From Podarcis liolepis (Eukaryota): DNA of 64,000 bases. Below are positions 13,502-25,697 of this stretch, piece after piece. The notes under the pieces are model-generated. The model had not been told where the DNA came from, did no database searches, and saw nothing but the letters and a program-made list of their open reading frames with translations. The translations under genes and the position numbers were made by a program. The stretch lies in the NCBI GenBank assembly GCA_965112155.1, contig OZ218102.1; one strand, given 5' to 3'. Within the stretch, counting starts at the first letter, position 1. Each line of letters begins with the position of its first letter.

Positions 13502-14055
13502 TAATTGAGCTTATTTTCTTCTACTGTTCTTCCATGCCTGTCCCAAAGCTTTGTGGTGGGGAGTTACACCTTAAGGCTTGGAACCAAAGATCCACGAGCA
13601 GAGCCTCCTTCCATTCTTGCCTCCTTCCCTTTTGTTCACCACTTCCCAAGAAGACTTGTGGATGGTTTCAGGACTTTCTAGAATGACCTAGCATGGCAGA
13701 GGGGTTCTTGCAGCTCGGGGAATTTTTTTCAGAAATTGGGGACCCCCCCCTTGAGTGAGTGGAAGTTCCCTTCATTTTTGCCATCCATCATTCTTTCCTA
13801 CTTTTATTCTGTTGGCAAGTGTGTATGTGTTAGGTTGGGTGGTCTTGGTTGAGTTCAGCTGAGAGGGAGAGTGATTTGCTCAGGATTTCCACACTATAAG
13901 CATGATGGCTAAAGAAGGATTTGAACCCTAAGGGTGCCTCCCATCGGCACCTACTGGGAATTGAACTTGGGTAACTATATGCAGGAGCGGGCCACACGCC
14001 CGTAAACTACTCGTGAGTATATCTGATTTGTGTTTCTGCCATAATATCTTTCCAG

Positions 14056-14211
14056 GTTTGAGAAGATGGTCAGTGGCATGTACATGGGCGAGCTCGTCAG
14101 GCTGATCCTTGTCAAAATGGCCAAAGAAGGTCTTCTTTTTGAGGGAAGAATCACTCCCGAACTTTTAACCAAAGGGAAGCTAGAAACAAAGCACGTTTCT
14201 GCCATGGAGAA
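14056..14211 (+). CDS. HK1: Hexokinase-1 exon 8
   Basis: 156 nt; [40 protein letters not shown]. Confidence 0.96.
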
Positions 14212-14763
14212 GTAAGTAGCTTTGAAGCTTTCCTCCTGCACTTCCAACCTAGAATACAGTACTTGTGTAATGAAATGTAGTGGAATATATGCAATTGGAT
14301 TCGAAGAGCAACTCCTGGATGGGCTTTTGAAAATAGAGTTTTGTCATTAGCTTAATAGGCAGCACTTTCCAGCTTTAAAATGATATTCAGTGTATGTATG
14401 TCTGAAGCTGCAGCCTTTTGACCTGACATTTTCCAGCTTTGCACCATGTGGCCTATTTTAAAGGAACGGCTTCCAGAATTTTACCCTTAACTGGTCCCAC
14501 TGATTACAAGTGGTGCACAATACAGAGAGCCCACCACCCAAATCCAGCACAGTGGAACTGAAAACCTCTTTGTGCTCTCTAGGCTCTTAATATCACAGAT
14601 TCTAATCTCAGCCTCCCTTCCCCTTCCTTTCCTCGCAAGATTTCCACGGGACTCTTCTGCACCCATTCTCAGACTCTCGCAACACTCTCCCTCGGTGAGC
14701 AACCTGCCCATCCGTCAAGATTGTGTTATCTTATCGTAACTTTTTTGTGGTTTCTGTTTTTAG

Positions 14764-14997
14764 GAGCAAGGAGGGTTTGCAAAAGGCCAAGGAGATACTT
14801 ACCCGTCTTGGGGTTGAGCCCTCCCATGAAGACTGCGTCGCCGTCCACCACGTGTGCACAATCGTCTCCTTCCGCTCTGCCAACCTGGTGGCTGCCACTC
14901 TGGGTGCCATCCTTAACCAGCTGCGGGACAACAAGGGAGTGGGCCGCCTGCGCACCACCGTGGGGGTTGATGGCTCCCTTTACAAGATGCATCCACA
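14764..14997 (+). CDS. HK1: Hexokinase-1 exon 9
   Basis: 234 nt; [16 protein letters not shown]...[15 protein letters not shown]. Confidence 0.96.
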
Positions 14998-15213
14998 GTA
15001 AGAGCCTGCCAGGTTTCTATAATTACATCTTGGCACCTGTTAGGGACAGTCTCTTGCAAAAGGTCAGAGATGTAGCACATCCAGCTGACATTTGGCTGTG
15101 TGCTCTGGACTTGGGCTAAGTAAACAGGAGGTGAAAGTGGGCTGTAAATATCACAGTCCAAAGGCAGCTCAGTAAGTTAGGCAGGAGGCAGTGCTTGCAA
15201 TGCACGTGGAATA

Positions 15214-15343
15214 ATAGAAGTTGGAAGGGACCACAGGGATCATGTAGTCCAACCCCCTGCAATGCAGGAATCTTTCACCTAACGTGGGCTTGAACCCATA
15301 GCCCTGAGATTGATAGTCTCAGGCTCTACCAGCCGAGCTATCC
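15214..15343 (-). mobile_element. tRNA(Lys)-derived SINE with CR1-like 3' tail
   Basis: Reverse complement reads tRNA-like head followed by GGTTGGACTA...CCCTTCCAAC tail. Confidence 0.7.
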
Positions 15344-15817
15344 CTCAGGGCTAATACCAGGTAGCTGCTTGCAGCAGACAATCTTTGCAACTAGTTTTAT
15401 GCACATTGCAGTGATGTGCCCATAACATGCAATAGCCTGTAGTTTATTCCTCCCCCCCCCATGTTAACTTGTACCATACAGATGCAAGGGGGTACTTTGC
15501 AGTTACACACTCCAAACCACCCTGTGATCCTTGGATGAAGGGTGGTATAGAAATTTAATAAAATAAACAAGTGATGCCACACCATTGGAAAAGCAGCTGT
15601 GGAGGCTCGGTTTTTGTTTGTTTGTTTTGGTGTTGCCTGGATATTACTCTTAAGGTATCTTCCACATACAGGCTCTCTATATGTTTCAAAGCACATTCGG
15701 AGCCTAGGAGTTTATTTTCAGTAGCAGAACTGAGCTGAGCTCACCATCTCTTTTTCACAAAAGTCGCTCATAGCTAGCTTTTCTTCAGCAGGCTGATTTA
15801 AGCAATTTTTCGTTGCC

Positions 15818-15913
15818 TAGCTCAGTTGGTAGGGTATGAGGCTCTTAATCTCAAGGGGGGTTGGACTAGATGACCCTTGTGGACCCTTCCAACTCTACAA
15901 TTCCATGATTCTA
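15818..15913 (+). mobile_element. tRNA(Lys)-derived SINE with CR1-like tail, internally deleted
   Basis: TAGCTCAGTTGGTAG...CTCTTAATCTCA...GGTTGGACTAGATGACCC...TTCCATGATTCTA. Confidence 0.7.
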
Positions 15914-16434
15914 CGAAATCGCCCAGAGATTTGCCAGTAGCCCCCAATGGCCATTTCTCCTACCCACCTCTGGTGTTGGCAGTATGTGCATGCAAATAAG
16001 CAGAGTGGGTGCGGATCAGTATCTGTGTGCAAGGCAGGCACACCATTCCCAGTGCCCCGTCCATTAGGCCTGCAGTACTGGAGCAGCGTGGGAGCTACTT
16101 CCTGCAATTATTTCTCACTCTGCTCCTGTGACGTCTGCAGAGAGGAACCACGTGCAAGAGCTGGACGATGTGGCTCCTTCCCACGCTGGCTTTGTCACTC
16201 TCCTGGTGGTGGCATTGCCAGTTTTAGAAAGAACCATGTTCTTCAGTCTTCCCACAGCATTCTCCTGTATGGATATTTCTGGCCAGGTGCGGGACTATGA
16301 CATGGGAAAATTCCTTACATCTCTCAAATGACATCGATTCTCAGTTAATGTCTGGATTGCGGTTATATGTGCTGTTTTTTCCATCATTAGGTGCTCTACC
16401 TTGTATCTATAAAGCAAACTGCTGTTACACTAGA

Positions 16435-16556
16435 TCAGGATGGGGAACCTGTAGCCTTCCTGATGTTGCTGGACTACAGCTCCCATCATCCTGTCCACTG
16501 GCTGGGTCTGATGGGAGTTGTAGTCCAACAAAATTAGGAGGGCCACATGTTTCCTA
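16435..16556. mobile_element. Short palindromic MITE-like repeat (others ~8075-8175, ~24222-24320, ~48860-48967, ~60532-60620)
   Basis: GGACTACAGCTCCCATCA...TGATGGGAGTTGTAGTCC inverted core. Confidence 0.6.
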
Positions 16557-16666
16557 TTTATCCACTGTCTAGACAGCTCCTTGGGCTGACCCAGTGATTC
16601 CCCTCCACACACACCTTTAATGGAAAATTCCTATTACTGAACCTACTGTCCTTCTCCCCTTTGCAG

Positions 16667-16971
16667 GTATTCCCGACGGCTGCAGAAAACTGTGCGCCGC
16701 TTAGTGCCCGACTCAGAAGTGCGCTTTTTGCTGTCTGAGAGTGGCAGTGGCAAGGGCGCTGCGATGGTCACAGCGGTAGCATACCGGCTATCAGAGCAGC
16801 ACCGCCTGATAGACGAGACCCTGGCTGAATTCAAACTTACTCATGAGCAGCTGCTGCAGGTGAAGAAGAGGATGCGGATGGAAATAGAAGCAGGCCTCAA
16901 GAAGAAATCGCACGATCACGCCAAAGTCAAAATGCTGCCCACCTTTGTCCGCAGCACACCTGATGGGACAG
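16667..16971 (+). CDS. HK1: Hexokinase-1 exon 10 (joins N- and C-terminal halves)
   Basis: 305 nt; [41 protein letters not shown]...[15 protein letters not shown]. Confidence 0.96.
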
Positions 16972-19819
16972 GTAGGTCTTTAGTCCTTGGGAAGGGACCT
17001 TTGGAAGAGGCAGCCTAGTTTCCTCATTACAGAGTGAGGCAGCTAATAATCTAAGGCTGGGAGCCCCCAGATAAAGGGGGTGCATTCTTTCCATGCATTT
17101 CTGGTTTGCTTGTTTTTAAAACACTGAGGTGCTGCTTTCCCAGCATCAGTTCAGCAAACTGAACACAAAAGGCAGTTTCAGGTTGCTCTCACTTTTCACT
17201 GGGGAAATGGAAATAAAATAGATTATGTCCTTAGACTGATGTCCCCCTCCCCACTTTGGAAAGATCCAAACTGCTTTGTAGAACCAGTCAATGTTGAAGA
17301 GCAGTTTTGAGAACCTGGTGGAAGCATTTTCTGAGGAGGCAACGGGGTGCAGAGGGTGTAGATGCCTGTTTAGATCTTGGCCTGTATCTAAAAGTTGAAC
17401 AGATGTTGAACACATTAGATTTAATAAATATGTACCATGCCATATTGATCCTTAATATCAGTCCTGCAGATTTATTTAGTATGTTTACATTGCAGTCTTA
17501 TGCATGTTTACTTGGAAGTAACGCCTACTGTGCTCAATTGGGCTTACTCCCCAGTAAGTGCATTTAGGATTTTAGCCTTAATATGCCACTTTTCAGCTGA
17601 TGAGGTATTCATATGCTCTAGTCATCTCGATTCATCAGAAACAGAAAATCACAATTGTGGTCCAACTAAAATTTCCCATGCCTTTCTTCTACGAGGATGG
17701 CAATAAAAAGATATCCCTGCTCCATGATGAGCTAAGATTCACAATTCCTAAGGACCAATTTTTCCTTAGTTTGCGGACACCTGCCTGATTTGATTTTTGG
17801 TATGTCAAGTAAGTCCAGTGAATGTTCAAGACCCGTCTTTGCTCAGATTGTAGATGTGCTTTCGGAAGATTTCTTAGGATGCGGAGAATTACAGTTTGAA
17901 ACCCATCACATCACATACAGGTTCTGGTCAGGTTCAGTATTCCAGAATCGAGATGCAATCAGTTCAGCCTCATTTCACCACATAAAAAATGCCATTGGCA
18001 ACGGACAGGAGTCCTTGCTTTGTCACTTACTCATTAACTGAGTGGTCCTTTAGCCTTCCAGTGGGTTTTTGATGTGGCACTCAGTTGGTTCTTGCATTTC
18101 CTTGTCTCTCTTCCTGATGGTTCTGTAAAACAAAAGCTTGCCTTTCTTTGAAAGAGCACACCTTTTAAATGAAGATGGAGAAACATCGCCATCTGCTGGC
18201 TAATGTTCCATGTATGTATAGTAATTCATCCATTCCCAGCGAGCCAACTTCTGTTGCTTTTTTGAAGAGAATAATTGCATTGCAGTGTGTCCCCACCCTC
18301 CACCCTGTACAGAAATCCTACTTGTTCAACCAAGGGTTTCCCCCAACACTGTCACCATGTAAATAAGTTTCCTATGTATAGGGCTTTCCTTTCCCACACT
18401 GCCAGCATGTAATGTTTTGTTATTCCAAGTTGTCAGTGTGTGAGAGAGACTAGTGAAAAATCCAAGCCTGCCCACTAGTACTGCCACCACCCCTGTTGGT
18501 CCGCCCCCCCCCATCCTTAGCCAAGGGAAATTCATTTTTTTTCTGGGTGTCCTTGGGATTCACACAGACAAGAGCCAAACAGTTTATTTACTGTCTTTTG
18601 AGCCTCCAACCTACAAATCACTCAGCCAGGTACAAGATGCCGAGACGTACTTACTCTAAGAAGCCACCCAAGGTTAAATGCACAAATGTTTGTAAAAATA
18701 AACATGAGAACCCAATACCATGGAAGGTGGTTAATAAAAGGCTTAGAATGTAAAGATACCATTGGGAATTCAAGTACAAATAAAAAATAACAAAGCTAGC
18801 TTGTCTCATTCTCTATTAGGGTCACAGACCCCACCAACAAGCTGAACCCAGGCATATGTGGTTGTTGTTGTGATTCACAAACAACATCCGAATGGGGGCC
18901 ATCAGACCCAGGCCAAAGACCAGTTTTTATCAGAAAGGCAGAAGGGTAGCTTTTTCAATTAACCAATCAGGGCCTAGGAGCATCTTTGCCCGGCACCAGG
19001 GGGTGTATATGCTGAAAGACCATGTAGCGACTCAAGAGGATTTTTGCACAGTCATTGCAACCTTGATGTGATCTTGCATCAGGCAAGATGAACTAATTAA
19101 ACAGGACTTCTCCCCTCAGTAAGACGGTTCTCAGAATCCTGAGCAGCAAGCCATTTAAAAATGAGCCAAAAAGTCCTCCTTTCTGCTCTCCTTCAGTTAA
19201 CCACATATGCTATAAGTCATGTATTTTGAAGAAGTATGTTCTCACCTGGCTGCTTCTATTTTGTAGTAAAAACATTCATGTTTGTGTGTCTAGATTAGGG
19301 TCCCGTCCTGTTTTTAGTTGCTTGATTCTGAAAGTGCCCCTTTGGGGGTAAGTAGAATATGGGGCAGTTTTCAGCAGTAAACCAGCATTGGGCATTAAAT
19401 TGCATTAGGCCGCTTTTTCACCAAAATAAAAGTAGCCAGGTTAAGCGTGTTTGTTTAAATGCATGAATAACTTGAGCTCAGTGTAAGGATGCGTTCTCGT
19501 TGCCACCTCAGAGTGCTGTGAAGCCCCACCCACAAGTTTCACATTGCCTTCGGCATGGCTTCATTAGTGTCAGATGGGTTTCTGTTTGTGTACACACCAG
19601 AGGGTACTGCCGAGGCAGGGATGTGTTTACACTATGCAAAGGCGCACGTTAGTGTGTTGGCGTGTCACACGAACGCTCCGCCCGCGCTCCTCCCGGGACT
19701 GGAAAGGTTTAACTTCCTGTTTGCTAGTAAAACTGAATTACTGTGTTGCAAAATGATGCAAATCTTTGAATTACTGTGTTGCAAAATGATGCATGTACAG
19801 TGGTACCTTGGGTTAAGTA

Positions 19820-20038
19820 CAGTGGTACATTGGGTTACATACGCTTCAGGTTACAGACTCCGCTAACCCAAAAACAGTGCTTCAGGTTAAGAACTTTGCT
19901 TCAGGATGAGAACAGAAATTGTGCTCCGGCGGCGCGGCAGCAGCAGGAGGCCCCATTAGCTAAAGTGGTGCTAAGAACAGTTTCAGGTTAAGAACGGACC
20001 TCCGTAACGAATTAAGTACTTAACCTGAGGTACCACTG
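19820..20038. mobile_element. MITE family A (opposite orientation)
   Basis: Same TIRs and TA TSD. Confidence 0.85.
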
Positions 20039-20289
20039 TATAAAAAGTGTGTCACCAACATAAAAAGTTGGGAAAGCTCTCGCTTAGGGACTCCTATTGA
20101 TGTGAAGCTGGGGTGAGGAACAATGTACCACATGGATATGTATAGACGCACACATTTGTACAGGATGCATATGCATTTTGGATAAAGTTGTGTAAACTCT
20201 TGATTAAAAACCCAGCACTGGAAACACAATGAGTTCACAGTAGATGAGAGAGCCTTTTCCTCCTGTAACATAAAAGTGCTGGAGACTAA

Positions 20290-20791
<502 letters not shown>

Positions 20792-21511
20792 TAGCGGTTG
20801 AGAAGAGGTATGCAGGCAGACAAGCGTGAGTGTGAGCTTTGCACATGCAAAGAATATTGACACAGTCAATATTCCTTATACTGAGTTAAGATCATTGGTC
20901 CATCTGGCTCAGGATAATCTACACAGAATGGGAGCCACCTCTCCAGTCTTTCCAAGGCCTTAATGGAGATGTTGAGGATTGAACCTGGGAGTTCTTGCCT
21001 GCAAGGCATGGGCTGTTATCACTGAGTTAAGCCCCACCGTGCCTGCAGATTCTAGACTTAACTGCAGTGTGCCTTTAAAAGTGATGCCGAAACAAGATAT
21101 TGCAGGGGCATGGCTGGTTGCCATCAGTCTTTGTTGTTAACCCATGTTCCCATGGTAACAGCTAATGAAAGGAGATACATGATGTCATCTCACTTGTAGT
21201 TTGGATATTCCCCCTGCTCTACTTCATTGGCTGTCATTTGTGCTTGGCTGGAAACTGAACACAATGACATCACACCGTGCATCATCTTTCAGAAGGTGTT
21301 ACTCGGATAATGTTGACTAGTGGTAAATACCACCCCACAGTTTGGATCTCCAGGAACAACAGCTGCATATGTATTCGTATGAGGAGCTCTTGATGCCATC
21401 GTGGGTTCATTAGCTGGTTGGGTCTGCTACTGCACCTGGATGCCCAGGTGGTGATTATTTCTGGTTTGTTCTGATACTGCAATGAACTGAGTTTTTTGTT
21501 CCTTTTCTTAG

Positions 21512-21607
21512 GGCATCCTTCTGAACTGGACCAAGGGCTTTAAGGCTACTGACTGCGAAGGGGAGGATGTTGTTAATTTGCTACGGGAAGGAATAAAAAG
21601 AAGAGAA
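21512..21607 (+). CDS. HK1: Hexokinase-1 exon 13
   Basis: 96 nt; [32 protein letters not shown]. Confidence 0.96.
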
Positions 21608-22064
21608 GTAAGTCCCCCCCCCTGTGATTTCTTAAAATTAGCAGATGGTGTTGATCTTCTTAAAAATCATGTATTGTTTGTTTTATGAGTCACTGTTGTG
21701 TGTTCTTACTCTTCCTCTGCATTGCTTAAGATCCTCTGTTCTGGGGGTTCTCCTAACCTTCCTGAGCAGATCTGTGGAGGGTGTGGTATTGGGAAAGGAA
21801 AGGGTGGTTTTCACGTTCTGCTGGCAGAACTCGTTGCTCTGGCTTCTGCCAGTGCAACAACTTAGTTGAATCCAGCCCTCTGGACATCGGAATTAAAATT
21901 AAATTGCTGTTATTTAAAACAGACCTGTGTTTTCCTGATTATTACAATATTTGCAAATGACAGGCATGGGCTTGTTTCCCTGAACTTGTAACCATTGGTG
22001 AATACTACTCCGCCGTGTTTCAAGAGAAGCAATTGTAGTATATAATTTTGTTACTTCTTCCAAG

Positions 22065-22164
22065 GAATTTGACTTGGATGTTGTGGCCGTGGTGAATGAT
22101 ACAGTCGGGACTATGATGACTTGTGCCTATGAAGATCCCAATTGTGAAATTGGACTCATTGTGG
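22065..22164 (+). CDS. HK1: Hexokinase-1 exon 14
   Basis: 100 nt; [33 protein letters not shown] (catalytic Asp retained). Confidence 0.96.
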
Positions 22165-22313
22165 GTAAGAATGGGACTTGCTATTTAGTTGGGTTCATTG
22201 GGTGCCTCATTATACTAAGACCCATTGCAGTAGGTCCTATAACTACCGGATGATTTTGTGTGTCCTTTTTTTGGTCTATTCTGGTATTGAATCTGATTCT
22301 TTCACTGTTCCAG

Positions 22314-22497
22314 GAACTGGCAGCAATGCATGTTACATGGAGGAAACGAGAAACATAGAGATGGTAGAAGGAGAGCAAGGAAGAATGTGTGTGAACATGG
22401 AATGGGGCGCATTTGGAGACAACGGATGCCTAGATGACATCAGGACAATCTATGACAAAGCTGTTGATGACTACTCATTAAACAGCGGCAAACAAAG
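22314..22497 (+). CDS. HK1: Hexokinase-1 exon 15
   Basis: 184 nt; [11 protein letters not shown]...[21 protein letters not shown]. Confidence 0.96.
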
Positions 22498-22965
22498 GTA
22501 TTTCCGGGTGAAATGTTGTTGGAAATGGGTGAAGGCTTGTGCTGCGGTGACTCAGCAGAGATGGTTTTCGTCACATGCACTACTGTGATCACCTGATTGT
22601 ACTTCAAGACAAACACACAGCCTTGGGCATGCTTTCTTCTGGGAGCCTGGGTGCACAGAGGCAGCAAGGCTGTCGGGTGTCTGAAAACTCCCAACATAAA
22701 CAAGAGAGGAAATTGCGTGTTTCTGCTGTGTCCAGAACAGAAATCAATTCAGCAAACATAGCTGCATATTAGTGCCTGCTGTTGCTTTCAGCCTGAAAAC
22801 AAAATGTATTTGTATCTCCGCCCCCCCCCCCAAATATGCATTGTGTTCCCTTTGCATTGAAATGAATGGGGTGGAATAACGTAATTAGGCTTTTACTGAT
22901 TAAGGATTAATCACCAGCAAAACTTTTCTCAGTTGACCTTAACACACACACACCCTTCTTTCTGA

Positions 22966-23148
<183 letters not shown>

Positions 23149-24411
23149 TAAGTGAGCTTAGATGTATATGTCATTGTCAAGCTATTACTAACAATTACTT
23201 TTTCTCGGAAATCTTAGCTAATGATATCAGCATTACAATAATGCTCTACAATCTACTGTGAGTTTTTACACAATCCATATTTGTGGTTCTCTTTCATGGT
23301 TCTGCATTTTTTGAGTGGCAAACTTGGGCAAATCTTTTTTTTATTGATTTTCATTTGTTTTCCCCAAATTGGTCACTAATTAAAACAAATTAAATTAAAT
23401 TAAAACAAATCAACATTTTCCCAAATCTGAACAAATTTAACATTTTTCCAAATCTGACTTCCTGCACGCCCTCCTGGATGTGTGGATGGTTCTCCTTGCT
23501 GCTGCATCATATTCCCCAGTTAATTTCAAACATTTCGAACAACCTTATATTACAATATACTTGCCACTTGAATAGCAAATGTTAGGGCCTGCCTCCTAAC
23601 GTTGCTGTAATACTGCAACGGTGCTGTAATACCGCAGTCTGACACCAGCTGCCGCTGTAGTGCTTTTTTTTGCATCAGTATAGATGGAGACAGAAACGGC
23701 CCTAGAGCGGCAGACCACTGCGAAGGAGCAGAGACAGATCAACTGGGCAAAGAATGGCTTCCAGAACAGCTGGAAGTGCAGCAGGGCAATGCTCCCCTGT
23801 TCTCTGGGACCAAAACCTATTACAGACCCTGAGAAAGTGAGGATAGTTTGAATGCAGTGTAAAGGGGCTGCTCAGAGTGTGATGGGAGGCGTTTTTAGCC
23901 ATGTAGATTTCAGTACCAGTGTTGTATATAGGTGTCTGGAGATGACATAGGTGGCCTTAAATAGGGAAAGGGCAGGAGTGCACACAGAAGTTTCCCTGGC
24001 TCCATTTGAGACTTTCCTGCATTCAACATCAAAGAGGGTTTTTCTGTGGGGAGGACCTTTGCACTTAATGTGGACTGGTTTGAGGTTGAGCTGGCATTCC
24101 AGCGGGGAGGGGGATGTTGGGTACCTGCGCCTCCATTTATAGCCTGAATGCCAGAATAGGCCTTCAATTGTACACTCAGTGATGCATGTGGGACCTAGGC
24201 CAACGGGAGTCTTTGACTGCATACACCTGTGGCCCTCCAGGTGTTGTTGGCCACATTCCATTGGCCATGTTTGCTGGGCTGATGGGAGTTGGAGTCCAAC
24301 AGCATCTGGTGCCCTTATCCCTGGTGTCCACCGAAGCAGAGAATTTTGGAAACGAGTTCAAGCCTCTGTTTTCTCTCTCTTCCCCCTTCTCCCCTTGGGT
24401 CTTCTCAACAG

Positions 24412-24645
24412 TGACAGGTTAGCGCTGCTTCAGGTCCGTACAATCCTCCAGCAGCTTGGTCTGAACAGCACCTGTGATGACAGTATCATCGTCAAGACGG
24501 TGTGCGGCGCAGTATCAAGGAGGGCGGCTCAGCTGTGTGGAGCCGGGATGGCTGCCGTCGTAGACAAAATAAGGGAGAACAGAGGCTTGGACCACCTGGA
24601 TGTAACGGTGGGCGTCGATGGTACGCTCTATAAGCTTCACCCACA
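24412..24645 (+). CDS. HK1: Hexokinase-1 exon 17
   Basis: 234 nt; [17 protein letters not shown]...[14 protein letters not shown]. Confidence 0.96.
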
Positions 24646-25275
24646 GTAAGTACTGGGAAATTATGAGCTTTTGCTGTCTGGGCTCCGGGAAACAAAGATA
24701 CCAAGTGTCTTAAAGCTTTGTGAAAAGCAGTGCTTGGCTTGTGAGAGATTGGGGATGCTCTGATGAAATAGCCAAGGGAGCCTTTTCTCCTAGCCTGCAT
24801 GTTTTGTGGCTTACTGTGTGCTCGCTTAATGAGTAGTCACTGTGTACTCCACCACTCTTTTGGGCTTGAGCTTATGTTTCACTGCAGACTCCATAGGCAT
24901 AGGTTAAGGATAAGGGGTTTCTAATTCTCATTTCCATAAAAATGAATGGACTCAGATGAATATTTCAGGTGCATGCCTTATGGAAATGACTGCGGATGGG
25001 TGTGTGAAAACAGTGAGAAGGAATTCCCTTTATATCACAGCTGCTCCTTGCTTCCTTCTGCAATCTCCTGCCACTTTCTTCTGTAAAGTCTGCATGTTGA
25101 GTGTCTGGCTCCGTTCACTGACATAAGGAAGGCTTCCGGTTTAACATGGAGGAGCATAAGAAGAGCCTGCTGGATCAGGCCAGTTGGACACTGTTCTCAC
25201 AGTGTCCAACCAGATGCCTGTGGGAAGCCTGCAGGCAGGATGTGAGCACACAAGCTCTCTCCTTTCCTGCAATTT

Positions 25276-25407
25276 CATAGAATCGTAGAGTTGGAAGGGA
25301 CCCTGAGGGTCATCTAGTCCAACCCCCTGAAATGCAGGAAGATGCACGGGGATCGAACCTGCGGCCTTGGCGTTATCAGCACCACGTTCTAACCAACTGA
25401 GCTATCC
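25276..25407 (-). mobile_element. tRNA(Ile)-derived SINE with the same CR1-like tail
   Basis: Reverse complement: GGATAGCTCAGTTGGTTAGAACGTGGTGCTGATAACGCCAAGGCCGCAGGTTCGATCCCCGTG + tail. Confidence 0.75.
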
Positions 25408-25552
25408 GTTTCCAGCAACTGGTATTGAGAAGCGTTGCTGCTGAAAAGAGAATGAAACCTGCTTGGTAATCTTGAGACCTTATCGTGATTATGGACTGGC
25501 AGAGAGAAGCCCTCCCTCACATTTCCCTCCTTTTGTTTGTTTCCCCCCACAG

Positions 25553-25697
25553 TTTTTCAAGGGTCATGCACCAAACGGTAAAGGACCTGGCCCCCAAGTG
25601 CGATGTGACATTCCTTCTCTCCGAAGATGGCAGTGGCAAAGGGGCTGCCCTCATCACTGCTGTGGGATGTAGACTGCGTGAGGCTGAGCATAACTGA
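25553..25697 (+). CDS. HK1: Hexokinase-1 exon 18 (terminal coding part, TGA stop)
   Basis: 145 nt; [47 protein letters not shown]. Confidence 0.96.

Noticed and set aside
25345-25407. Functional tRNA-Ile(GAT) gene
   Set aside because: Acceptor stem is incomplete and the sequence runs straight into a LINE-derived tail, so it is a SINE head
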